Of a stretch of DNA of 64,000 bases, positions 9,859 through 18,962 are shown piece after piece. The stretch's first letter is position 1. Every line of letters begins with the position of its first letter. The notes under the pieces are model-generated. The model was not told the origin of the DNA and searched no databases. It was given only the letters and a program-made list of their open reading frames with translations. Where the stretch lies: positions 11,111 through 75,110 of the forward strand of contig CAWELA010000003.1 of assembly GCA_963809885.1 (NCBI GenBank). Direction: 5' to 3'. The translations under genes and the position numbers were made by a program. Source of the stretch: an uncultured Acidimicrobiia bacterium (GTDB lineage: Bacteria > Actinomycetota > Acidimicrobiia > IMCC26256 > PALSA-555).

Positions 9859-10626
9859 CTACGTCGGCGCTCCGTGGCGTCCCTCGCCCTCGACGAAGCG
9901 ACGGACCCCGTCGAGCGCGCCGGGTGTGGCGATCGTCGCGGTGCCGAGACGCCACTCGTTCGCGAGCGCCGCGATCGAGGGTCAGCCCGTCCTGCTCGTA
10001 CACCGAGCGACGGTCGTTGCGGAGGCACGTCTGGGGCAGGCGCGCGAGCTCGTGCGCGAGCGCGACGGCGCCTGCGAGGGCCCCGCCGGGCTCGGTCAGC
10101 CGGTTGGCGAGACCCATCCGCACCGCCTCCTCGCCCGAGACGCCCCGTCCGGTGAGGATCGAGGTCGAGCGCGTGGCTCTGACCGATGAGCCGGGGGAGC
10201 CGGACGGTGCCGCCGTCGACGAGCGGCACGCCCCAGCGACGGCAGTACACGCCGAACACCGCGTCGGTCGCGGCGACGCGGAGGTCGCACCACAGCCGCG
10301 AGCTCGAGCCCTCCGGCCACCGCGTGGCCCTCGACCGCGGCGATCACCGGCTTGTCGAACAGCATCCGCGTCGGCCCCATGGGTCCGTCGCCGTCGTCGG
10401 ACATCGGGTTCCCCGTGCCGTCCCGCATCGCCCGCAGGTCGGCGCCGGCACAGAACGTCCCGGCGGCGCCGGTCAGCACCGCGACGGACCGGTCGTCGTC
10501 GCCCGCGAAGGATCGGAAGGCGTCGGCCAGCGCGACAGCGGTGGGTCCGTCGACCGCGTTGCGGCACTCGGGCCGGTCGATCGTGACGACCGTGACGGGC
10601 CCGTCGTGCTCGACGCGCACGGTCAC
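9859..10626 (-). CDS. Enoyl-CoA hydratase/isomerase family protein (at least 2 frameshifts)
   Basis: GTG at 10626 overlaps the stop of the upstream gene (GTGA). VTVRVEHDGPVTVVTIDRPECRNAVD..FCAGADL.. continues in other frames (..WGVPLVDGGTVRLPRLIG.., ..ILTGRGVSGEEAVRMGLANRL..). The end is ..VEGEGRHGAPT-TAG at 9859. Confidence 0.8.
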
Positions 10627-11254
10627 GGCCGCGACCCGTCCGCCGCGTCCCGGGTGCCGACGAGGTGCGCCGTGTCGTTGAGCGACCCGATGCTGCGCGG
10701 CCCGCCGGTGCGGGCTGCGTGCACCCGGCTGATCGACGTGTAGGCCGGGTGGAACCAGAGCGCGCGATCGATGCCGAGCACGTGTGCGAGGTACACGTTG
10801 ATCACGCCGCCGTGGCAGACCACGGCGACCTTCCGGCCGGGGAAGCGTTCGACGATCGTGTCGATGGCCGGGACGACGATCTCGGCCTGGAACTGCAGGG
10901 GATCGGTGCCGTCCTCCCAGCGGCCCTCGATCTGCGCCTGCCAGCGGTGGTCCTTCAGCTCGCGCAGCTCCTCGATCGGGATGTACTCGCCGGAGTCGGC
11001 GTCGTACTCGGAGACGCCCGGATCGACCTCCGGCGTCAACCCGAGGGCGCGCGCGAGCGGCGCGGCCGTCTCCCGTGCCCGGCGCAGCGGGCTGGTGATG
11101 ATCGCGTCGACGCCTTCGACGGTCGAGCCACGCACCGAGTCGGCAGGCCTGGTCGGCGCCGCGGGCGGTCAGCTGCGGGTCCGCCGGGCCCGTCGACCTC
11201 ACCGAGCGCGATGCGCACAGGCTCGGCGTGGCGGATGAGGAGCAGCTCCACGAC
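10623..11254 (-). CDS. Histidine phosphatase family protein (phosphoglycerate mutase-like; 2 frameshifts)
   Basis: The N-terminus VELLLIRHAEP.. carries the RHG-type motif. This is followed by ..ADPQLTARGADQA.. and ORF 10623..11135 (..IITSPLRRARETA.., ..VVCHGGVINV..). The exact start is uncertain (GTG 11251/11254 or TTG 11267). Confidence 0.75.
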
Positions 11255-11262
11255 GTGACCGT

Positions 11263-11906
11263 TCAACGCTCGGCGAGTGAGAAGCCCAGCACGCCCTCGA
11301 GCTCGGCGAGTGCGACGGCCGGGTCCCCGACCTTGATCGTCGTCATGCCGAGGGCACGCGCCGACTTGAGGTTCGTGCCGAGGTCGTCGAGGAACACGGT
11401 GGCGTCGGGGGTCACGCCCGAGCCGCGAGCAGGTGAGCTCGTAGATGCGCGGGTCGGGCTTGCGGACGCCCTCGACCGCGGACTCGACGATCAGGTCGAA
11501 CACGTCGGCCAGCTCGGGCGGAGTGCTCGTCGATCCCGGGCGCGTCGTCGTTCGCCCGCCAGTTGTTCGTGAGCGCCGCCGTCCGCAGGCCCTCGGCGCG
11601 GATGCGCCGGATCGCCGTCAGCATCTCGGGCCGCGGAGCCGACCCCGCCGCCGATCTCGGCGAACAGGTCGGCGACGACGACGGTGCCGCCGGCCATCGC
11701 GCACTCGGCCTCGAACTCGTCGGCGAACTCGTCCATCGTCAGCTCGCCCCGTTCGAGGCGCGACCACGCGTTGTCGTCGCCGCTCAGGATCACCTCGCTG
11801 ATGAACCGGTGGGGGAGGCCGACTCGCGCCTCGTAGTCCCGGAACGTCTCGATCGGCGACGGCATCACGACGCCCCCGAGATCGAACACGACTGCGGTGT
11901 AGGTCA
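11263..11906 (-). CDS. HAD-superfamily hydrolase (at least 3 frameshifts)
   Basis: GTG at 11906. HAD motif I is [14 protein letters not shown]. The gene continues ..[10 protein letters not shown].. and ..[11 protein letters not shown].., and ends ..[15 protein letters not shown] at 11263. Confidence 0.75.
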
Positions 11907-11923
11907 CGGCCGGGGACGCTACC

Positions 11924-13585
11924 GTGCCCACGTGCCGCGACCCGAATCCCCCCGCCCCATCGTTCTCGGCACGCTCGTCGTTGCCCAGCACCGATCAGCG
12001 TGCCAAGAAGCCGGGGACCGTCACTCGGCGGGGGTTCCTCGGGGTGACGGCCGGTCTCGGTGCCTTCATCGTCGCACCGCGGGCGCTGCGCTCGCCGCTG
12101 CTCGTGCCACGCGCCGGACCGCAGCTCTCGGACACGCCCGTTCACGCTCGGCGTCGCGTCGGGCGATCCGCTGCCCGGCGGCGTGGTGCTGTGGACCCGT
12201 CTCGCCCCCGAGCCCGCGGCACCGGCGGGCGGGATGGCGCGGGACGCGGTCCCGGTCCGTTGGGAGGTCGCGCGCGACGAGACGTTCTCGCACGGTCGTG
12301 CGTCGCGGGACGGCAACGGCGCGTCCCGACGCGGCGCACAGCGTGCACGTCGACGTGCGCGGCCTCGAGCCCGGTCGCGACTACTGGTACCGGTTCGTCG
12401 CCGGGGGTGAGGCCAGTCCGGTGGGGCGCACGCGCACCGCGCCGGCAGCGGATGCGACGAATCCCTCGATGCGCTTCGCCTTCGCGTCGTGCCAGCAGTA
12501 CGAGGAGGGGTACTTCACGCCGCATCGGCACCTCGCCGACGAGGACGTCGACCTCGTCGCTGTTCCTCGGCGACTACATCTACGAGGGCGAACCCCTCCG
12601 ACGACAAGGTCCGCCGGCACGAGGGGCCCGAGCCGACCGACCTCGCGGCGTACCGGGCCCGCTACGCGACCTACAAGGCGGACCCCGACCTCCAGGCGGC
12701 GCACCTCGCCCACCCGTGGGCCCCGATCTGGGACGACCACGAGGTCGAGAACAACTACGCCGGCGACCACGCGCAGAACGGCACGCATGACCGCCGGATG
12801 CCTTCCGAACCCGCCGCGCCGCCGCGTACCGGGCGTGGTGGGAGCACCAACCCGTGCGGCTGCCCGCGCCGACAGGCCCCGACGTGCCGATCTACCGCTC
12901 GCTCGAGTTCGGGCGGCTCGCGTCGTTCCAGCTCCTCGACACCCGCCAGTACCGGAGCGACCAGCCGTGCGGGTCCACGGTCGACGTCGGCCCGCCGTGC
13001 GCCGACATCGACGCACCCGAGGCGTCGATGCTCGGCGACGTGCAGTCGAAGTGGCTCGCGGGCCGTCTCGAGGCCTCACGTGCGCGCTGGAACATCGTGG
13101 CGCAGCAGGTGATGGTCGGGCCGGTCGAACTTCGCGCCCAGCCTGCCGAACGGGGGGATCATCAACCTCGACCAGTGGGACGCGTACACCGCGGCGCGGC
13201 GCGAGCCTGCTGCAGCAGCTCGCCGCGGCTGGCGCCCAACCCGGTCGTGATCACCGGTGACATCCACTCGTCGTGGGTGCACGACCTGGTGGCCGAGACC
13301 AGCGACGCGTCGGGCACCGATGACCGAGTCGTCGCAACCGAGCTCGTCGGCACGTCGATCACGTCGCGCTTCGCGCTGGAGGAGCTCGTCCGCGGTGCGG
13401 TCGCCTCGCAACCGACCATCAAGTACTTCGAGGGCACCAAGCACGGCTATGTCCGAGCCGAGCTCGACCGCGACCGGCTGCGTGCCGACTTCCGGTACGT
13501 GTCCGGCATCGACGCGCCCACGGCGACGATCGAGACCGGCGCGAGCTTCGTCGTCGAGGCGGGGGTGCCCGGCGCCGTCCCCGGC
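11924..13585 (+). CDS. phoD: Alkaline phosphatase D family protein with Tat signal (at least 5 frameshifts)
   Basis: Twin-arginine signal ..[19 protein letters not shown]. PhoD blocks lie in several frames: [21 protein letters not shown], ..[14 protein letters not shown].., ..FLGDYIYE.., ..[12 protein letters not shown].., ..[12 protein letters not shown]... Confidence 0.8.
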
Positions 13586-14041
13586 ATGACGGCCGAGTGC
13601 GCCGAAGAGGCGATCCGGGCGTTGGTGTGCACATATGCCGAGCGACTCGACGCCGGTGACCTCGACGGCGTCGCCGCGCTGTTCGAGCACGGGTCGTTCC
13701 GCTCGGCGCAGCGGAGCGAGCCGCTCGTCGGTACCGATGCCGTGCGCCGCATGTACGACCCGGTGATCGTCTACGACGACGGCACGCCTCGCACGAAGCA
13801 CGTGCTGGGGAACCTCGAGGTGGAGGTCGCGCCCGACGGCGTTCGGGCGACGGCCCGCTGCACCTTCGTCGTGATGCAGGCCGTCGACGGCTCGCCCATG
13901 CAGGCGGTCCTCGCCGGTCGGTACCACGACCGGTTCGAACGCGCCGACGGGGCCTGGCGCTTCGTCGAGCGGACGGTGCACCCGGACCTCATGGGGGACC
14001 TGCCCCGCCACATGGGCCGCTCGGGCCGCGCCGGTCGATGA
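13586..14041 (+). CDS. SnoaL-like / NTF2-fold protein (reads in frame with the end of phoD as assembled)
   Basis: MTAECAEEAIRALVCTYAERLDAGDLDGVAALFEH.. is a typical SnoaL_4/NTF2-like N-terminus. No stop separates it from the PhoD C-terminus in ORF 12854..14041. Confidence 0.6.
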   Translation: MTAECAEEAIRALVCTYAERLDAGDLDGVAALFEHGSFRSAQRSEPLVGTDAVRRMYDPVIVYDDGTPRTKHVLGNLEVEVAPDGVRATARCTFVVMQAVDGSPMQAVLAGRYHDRFERADGAWRFVERTVHPDLMGDLPRHMGRSGRAGR

Positions 14042-14764
14042 TCGACGCGGTCTCGCGTCTCGCCGAGATCGTCGCCCTGCGGTGCTCGGCACGCCCGGAG
14101 CCGGTGCTCGTGGGCATCGCCGGTGCCGTGTCGGTGGGGAAGACCTCGCTCGCCAACGCGCTCGTCGAGACGCTCGACTGTGCACGACGTCGGGGCCGAG
14201 GTCGTCTCGACCGACGGGTTCCTGTTCCCCAACACGGTGCTGGCGGATCGTGGCCTCCAGATGCACAAGGGGTACCCGGAGTCCTACGACGTCGCCGCGT
14301 TGCGCGCGTTCGCGGATGCGGTACGGCGCGACGACCCGGAGATCGAGGTGCCGGTCTACTCACACGTCACCTACGACATCGTCGAGGGCGATGCCCGCAC
14401 GATCCGCACCCGCGGTGCGGTGGTCGTCGAAGGGGTGAACGCACTCGGCGCGCTCCACGAGCGTCTCGACCTCGGTGTGTACCTCGACGCGGCGGAGGCC
14501 GACCTCGAGCGCTGGTACGTCACCCGCTTCCGGGAGCTCACCGACGAGGCCCGGAGCGACCCGTCGTCCTTCTACCGGGCGTTCGTCTCGCGGAGCCCGG
14601 AGGAGCTCGACGAGCTCGCGATCCGGACGTGGCGGGGGATCAACCTCGGCAACCTCCGCGAGCACATCGCGCCGACCCGGGCGTTCGCCGACGTGGTGGT
14701 GGTGAAGGGGCCCGACCACGCCGTGGTCGAGCTGCGCGAGGATGAGGCCGCCGGAGGAGGTTGA
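14038..14764 (+). CDS. coaA: Type I pantothenate kinase (one frameshift near 14180)
   Basis: ATGA overlap with the upstream stop. P-loop GIAGAVSVGKTS. It continues in ORF 14123..14764 (..STDGFLFPN..KGYPESYD..VPVYSHVTYD..). Confidence 0.8.
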
Positions 14765-14765
14765 C

Positions 14766-15602
14766 GTGCCCGACGACGACGTGGTCCAGCCCGGGGACGC
14801 ACTGCTGGTCGAGCAGCTCGACGCGGTCTGGGCGTCGATGTCCGGTCTCGGCGACGAGCTCGACGAGGCCGACTGGAAGCGGGCGACCGAGGTACCCGGC
14901 TGGTCGGTGCAGGACAACCTCGCCCACATCGTCGGGATCGAGTGGAGCCTCCTCGGCGAGGAAGCACCTGCCCACGAGATCCCCGACGACCTGCCACACG
15001 TCAAGAACGACATGGGGAAGCGCAACGAGGTGTTCGTCGATTCCCGTCGGCGGTCGAGCGGTGCGGAGGTGCTCGCCGAGTTCCGTGAAGCGACGACCCG
15101 TCGGCTCGCGCAGCTCCGCGCGTACACGCCCGCGGACTTCGGCGCCGAGTCGTGGACGCCCGCCGGTCCGGGCTCGGTGCGCGACCTCCTGCCGTTCCGG
15201 ATCTTCGACGCGTGGGTGCACGAGCAGGACATGCGTCGCGCCGTCGACCGGCCGGGCGACCTCGACACCCCGGTCGCCGCGTCGGCGCTCGAGCGGGTGA
15301 TCGGCGCCATGCCCTATGTCGTCGGCAAGAAGGCCGCTGCGCCCGACGGCTCGACCGTCGTCTTCGAGCTGTCGGGTCCGCTCGCGTGCACCGTCGCGAT
15401 CGGCGTGGATGGTCGAGCGGCGCTCCTGGACGAGGTGCCCGCCGCGCCGACGGTGCGCATCGTCACCGACGTCGAGACGTTCACGCGCCTGGCCGTGGGA
15501 CGCCTCGACCCCGCGGCCACCTTGGCCGCGGGGTCGGTGCGCTGCTCCGGTGACGAGGGGCTGGGGTCCCGCGTCGTGGAGCAGATCAACTTCTTGTTCT
15601 GA
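14766..15602 (+). CDS. Maleylpyruvate isomerase family mycothiol-dependent enzyme (DinB-like N-domain, SCP2-like C-domain)
   Basis: GGAGGAGG RBS then GTG 14766, directly after the coaA stop. ..WKRATEVPGWSVQDNLAHIVG.. and the C-terminal ..GDEGLGSRVVEQINFLF are typical of the TIGR03083-type family. Confidence 0.7.
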   Translation: MPDDDVVQPGDALLVEQLDAVWASMSGLGDELDEADWKRATEVPGWSVQDNLAHIVGIEWSLLGEEAPAHEIPDDLPHVKNDMGKRNEVFVDSRRRSSGAEVLAEFREATTRRLAQLRAYTPADFGAESWTPAGPGSVRDLLPFRIFDAWVHEQDMRRAVDRPGDLDTPVAASALERVIGAMPYVVGKKAAAPDGSTVVFELSGPLACTVAIGVDGRAALLDEVPAAPTVRIVTDVETFTRLAVGRLDPAATLAAGSVRCSGDEGLGSRVVEQINFLF

Positions 15603-16067
15603 TCAGTTGTCGCCACCGCCGTGGCCCGAGCTGTCGTCTCCGCTGCCGGAGCGCCCCGAGCTCTCGCTGCCCGGGCCACTGTTGACGGAGCCGGGACCGC
15701 TGTTGACGGAGCCGTGGTCGTCGTCGAGGTCGTGGCCGGGGCTGTCGACGCCGTGGTCGTCGTCGACGTCGTGGCCGGCGCTGTCGACGCCGTGGTCGTC
15801 ACCCACGTCGTGGCCGATGCCGTCGTCCGAGGTCGTGCCCGCGGCGGGGGGAGTCACTGCGGGGTCGGTCGTGCCGAGCGTGGTGGAGGTCTCGTGCTCG
15901 ACCTCGGTGCCGTGCTCGACCTCGGTGCTGTCGTGGCGCTCCACCCGTGTGCCACCGTCGTCGAACGGGCCGGAGCCCGTCGCCGCGCCGGCGACCGCGC
16001 CGGCGCCGAGCACGAGCGCGCCGGCGATCCCGCCGGCGAGCAGCTTGCGCTTCAGTGAGTCCTGCAT
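15603..16067 (-). CDS. Secreted/anchored His-Asp-rich repeat protein
   Basis: Intact 154-aa ORF with a GAGGAGG RBS and an N-terminal hydrophobic signal (KLLAGGIAGALVLGAGAVAGAA). It has three 13-aa repeats VDSxGHDxDDDHG, two VNSGPGS repeats and a terminal GHGGGDN. Confidence 0.65.
   Translation of the reverse strand: MQDSLKRKLLAGGIAGALVLGAGAVAGAATGSGPFDDGGTRVERHDSTEVEHGTEVEHETSTTLGTTDPAVTPPAAGTTSDDGIGHDVGDDHGVDSAGHDVDDDHGVDSPGHDLDDDHGSVNSGPGSVNSGPGSESSGRSGSGDDSSGHGGGDN
15711..15827 (-). repeat. 3 x 39-bp in-frame tandem repeat (encodes GHD(V/L)(G/D)DDHGVDS units), preceded by 2 x 21-bp repeats at 15679-15720
   Basis: Units at 15711-15749, 15750-15788 and 15789-15827 are near-identical. All lie inside CDS 15603..16067. 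Confidence 0.85.
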
Positions 16068-16070
16068 CCT

Positions 16071-16114
16071 GTGTCCTCCTCGAGAGACCCCATCTGGGTT
16101 CTGGAAGAGGACAC
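16071..16114 (-). promoter_or_regulatory. Hairpin able to sequester the Shine-Dalgarno sequence of the 15603..16067 gene
   Basis: On the minus-strand transcript, GTGTCCTCTTC (from 16114-16104) can pair 10/11 with GAGGAGGACAC (from 16081-16071). The latter is the RBS 3 nt upstream of ATG 16067. Confidence 0.35.
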
Positions 16115-16138
16115 GACGCAGGGGTCGGACGGGTTTGG

Positions 16139-16675
16139 TCAGCCCCCGCCGGAGCCGGAGCTGCCGGAGCTGCCGGAGCTGCCGGAGCTGCCGGAGGATC
16201 CCGATCCGCCGGACGAGCCGCTGCCGGAGCCACCGCCGTGGTCGTCGGTGGTCGGGGTGCTCCCACCGGATCCGGAGCCCGAGGAGCCGCCGTGGTCGTC
16301 CGACGTCGCGGTCGTCCCCCCGGAGCCGGTGCTCCCGGGGACGGGGAGCGTCGGGCTGGTGGGCGTCGTGGGCGCGGGTGGCGCGACGGTCGTGGACGTC
16401 GCGTCGGGGCGCGTCGCCGGTGGGGTCTGGATCCTGCCGCCGCCACCTCCGGGCACGACGGCGAAGGCGACGGCGACGATCGCGAGGACCCCGAGCGTCG
16501 AGCCCGCGGCAACGGCCCTCCGACGGCGACGTCGGGCCCGCTCGAAGCGGGGTCGGAGGGCACCGAGTGTGGCGTCGGGGTCGCCGGCGGCGGGCGCGGC
16601 ATCGCGCAGCGCGCGGCCGAGCGCCTCGTCGAACGGGTCGAAGCCCGGACCGTCGGGGGTGAGATCGTCGCTCAC
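16139..16675 (-). CDS. Single-pass membrane protein co-transcribed with the ECF sigma factor (putative anti-sigma factor), with a Pro/Thr and Gly/Ser-rich ectodomain carrying DDHGG motifs
   Basis: GTGA overlap with the sigma factor stop. It has a cytoplasmic N-terminus, an RRRRR stretch plus TM helix (AVAAGSTLGVLAIVAVAFAVV), then ..TSDDHGGSSGSGSGGSTPTTDDHGGGSGSGSSG(GSS)n. Confidence 0.55.
   Translation of the reverse strand: MSDDLTPDGPGFDPFDEALGRALRDAAPAAGDPDATLGALRPRFERARRRRRRAVAAGSTLGVLAIVAVAFAVVPGGGGGRIQTPPATRPDATSTTVAPPAPTTPTSPTLPVPGSTGSGGTTATSDDHGGSSGSGSGGSTPTTDDHGGGSGSGSSGGSGSSGSSGSSGSSGSSGSGGG
16157..16192 (-). repeat. 4 perfect copies of the 9-bp unit GGAGCTGCC (encodes the (SGS)n tail)
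   Basis: Read directly at 16157-16192, with degenerate copies on both sides. It lies inside CDS 16139..16675. Confidence 0.85.
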
Positions 16676-17229
16676 GGCGCCTCCACGGTCTCGCGCAACG
16701 AGGTGCGGGCTGCGTGCAGGTGGTACTTCACTGCGCCCTCCGAGAGGCCCATGCTGCTCGCGACCTCGAGCACGGAGAGCTGCTCCACGTAGAAGAGCGA
16801 CGCCGCGATGCGCTGCTGCTGCGGGAGCGCGGCGAGGGCGTCCGCGAGCCCGGGCGCGGGCTCGCGGGGGAGCTCCGGTGGGTCCACGGAACGCGGGGTC
16901 TGGCCACCGAGGCGGTCGACGGCGCGTCGGCCCCGCTCGGCCCGACGGAAGTGGTCCCGGAGGCGATTGAGCGCGACGTGGCGGACCCAGCCGGCCGGAT
17001 CGTCGTAGCGCGAGATCCTGCGCCAGCGCACGAACGCCCGCGTGAAGGCGTCCTGGACGGCGTCGGCCGCGACCTCGCGGTCACCACAGGCCACGGCGAG
17101 GGATCGGACCATCGGCTCGTAGTGCTCCCGGAAGGTCCGGTCGAAGTCGGCTGGGCCATGTCCCTGGCCACCTCCCCGGCTCGGACTGGGCGGATGCAAG
17201 CTGGGCGGTTCCATGCTCACCGGGGACAC
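16672..17229 (-). CDS. ECF-type RNA polymerase sigma-70 family factor
   Basis: Region 2 (..[39 protein letters not shown]..) and the region 4 HTH (..[26 protein letters not shown]..) are both present. The start may be an internal Met. Confidence 0.85.
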   Translation of the reverse strand: MSPVSMEPPSLHPPSPSRGGGQGHGPADFDRTFREHYEPMVRSLAVACGDREVAADAVQDAFTRAFVRWRRISRYDDPAGWVRHVALNRLRDHFRRAERGRRAVDRLGGQTPRSVDPPELPREPAPGLADALAALPQQQRIAASLFYVEQLSVLEVASSMGLSEGAVKYHLHAARTSLRETVEAP

Positions 17230-17269
17230 GCCGCAGCGACCCGGAAGGTTTGGCCGGGTGGGCGTCTCC

Positions 17270-18311
17270 TCAGAGGACCAGCTCGGCCATCAGACGCATC
17301 GTCTCGGGCGGCGCGGCGCCGAGGATCAGCGTGGAGATGCCCGAATCGCGCCACGCGTCGAGGCGGTCCGCGATCCGCTCCTTCGGGCCGATGAGGGCGA
17401 TCTCGTCGACGAGCTCGTCGGGCACCGCGGCAGTGGCCTCGGCCTTCTTGCCGTCCAGGTAGAGGTCCTGGATCTCCTTCGCCGCGGCCTCGTAGCCGTA
17501 GCGGCACGCCAGGTCGTTGTAGAAGTTCTTGCCGCGTGCGCCCATGCCGCCGATGTAGAGCGCGGCCATCGGCTTCACGAAGCCCCGGAGCGCGTCGAGG
17601 TCGTCGCCCACGAGGACCGACACCGTCGGGGCGATGTCGAACGAGTCGAGGCCCTTCCCGCCGCCGGCCGTGGCGAAGCCCGCGTCGAGGGCGGCGCCGT
17701 AGGTCTCGCGCAGCCGGGTCGGTGAGAAGAACATCGGGAGCCACCCGTCGGCGATCTCCGCCGCGAGCTGGACGTTCTTGGGCCCGATGGCGGCGACGTA
17801 GATCGGGAGGTCGGCCGCGGCGGGGATGCACGATGATCTTCAGCGGCTTCCCGAGCCCGGTGGCGCCAGGGCCGGTGTAGGGGATGTCGTAGTGCGCGCC
17901 GTGGTGCTCGAGCGGTGCCTCGCGGGCGAGGATCGCCCGCACGATCTCGACGTACTCACGCGTCTTGCCCAGCGGCTTGCCGTACGCCTCGCCGTGCCAG
18001 CCCTCGGCGACCTGCGGGCCCGACGCGCCGATCCCGAGGAGGAACCGCCCGCCGCTCAGCATGTCGAGGGTCGCTGCGGTCATGGCGGTCATCGCGGGCG
18101 TGCGGGCGGGCATCTGCATGATCGAGGTGCCCCAGTGCATCTGCTCGCTGTGCGCCATGAGCCACGTCAGCGGCGTGACCGCGTCGGTGCCGTAGGCCTC
18201 GGCCGTCCAGCCCGAGTGGTACCCGAGCCGGTCGGCCTCCTGGGCCGTGGCGAGCGCACCCGCGAGCCCCGATCCCCAGTCCTGGTACCCGAAGTTCACA
18301 CCGAGTCGCAT
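17270..18311 (-). CDS. LLM class F420-dependent oxidoreductase (2 frameshifts near 17740-17830)
   Basis: [47 protein letters not shown].. continues in ORF 17270..17734 (..[24 protein letters not shown]..). Confidence 0.8.
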
Positions 18312-18358
18312 GTCCGCATGCTGTCACACACGACCGGCTGCGTTCCGGCCCCGCCGGA

Positions 18359-18904
18359 TCAAGCCAGGTCGGCCGGGACCAGCGAGAACATGACCACGTC
18401 GGCGATCCCGCACCCGAGGGTCGCGTACGAGCGCAGCACGCCCTCGCGGCGGAACCCCGCCCGCTCGGCGACCCCCTGGGACGCGACGTTGTCGACCCGG
18501 GTCATGAGCTCGACGCGGGCCAACCCGAGGTCGAGCGCTGCCCAGCGCGCGACGAGCCGCACTGCTCGGGTCGCAGCGCCCCGTCGCCGGGCCTCGCGCG
18601 CGACCCAGTACCCGACCTCGCCGACCGACCGGGACGGCTCGAGGCGCATCAACGAGATCGCCCCGAGGAGCACGTCGTCGGCCGCGTCGGCGATCACGAA
18701 GCCGGCGGCGGTCCCGTCGCGCCAGTGCTGGGCCGTGCGGGCGACGTACTCGACGGCGTCCTGGCGCCCGTACGGTGACGGGACGCGCGTGAACCGTGGG
18801 ATGTCGGGGTCCTGGCACGCGTCGTCGACGGCGTCGAGGTCGCGCTCGTCGGGGAGCCGGAGCACCACGATGTCGTCGTGCAGCTCCGGGACGTGCAAGG
18901 CCAT
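18359..18904 (-). CDS. GNAT family N-acetyltransferase (RimJ/RimL-like)
   Basis: Intact 181-aa ORF. ..GYWVAREARRRGAATRAVRLVARWA..NVASQGVAERAGFRREG.. is the acetyl-CoA binding core. Confidence 0.8.
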   Translation of the reverse strand: MALHVPELHDDIVVLRLPDERDLDAVDDACQDPDIPRFTRVPSPYGRQDAVEYVARTAQHWRDGTAAGFVIADAADDVLLGAISLMRLEPSRSVGEVGYWVAREARRRGAATRAVRLVARWAALDLGLARVELMTRVDNVASQGVAERAGFRREGVLRSYATLGCGIADVVMFSLVPADLA

Positions 18905-18962
18905 CCGCGAAGCGTGCCATCATCGGTGCCGCGCGCACCTGGCCTTTTCCGCGGGAGTCGAG

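Noticed and set aside
15679-16196. Tandem repeats that might suggest a CRISPR array or minisatellite
   Set aside because: The repeat units (39, 21 and 9 bp) are contiguous without spacers, are multiples of 3, and lie in frame inside two CDSs, where they encode peptide repeats. No cas genes are present.
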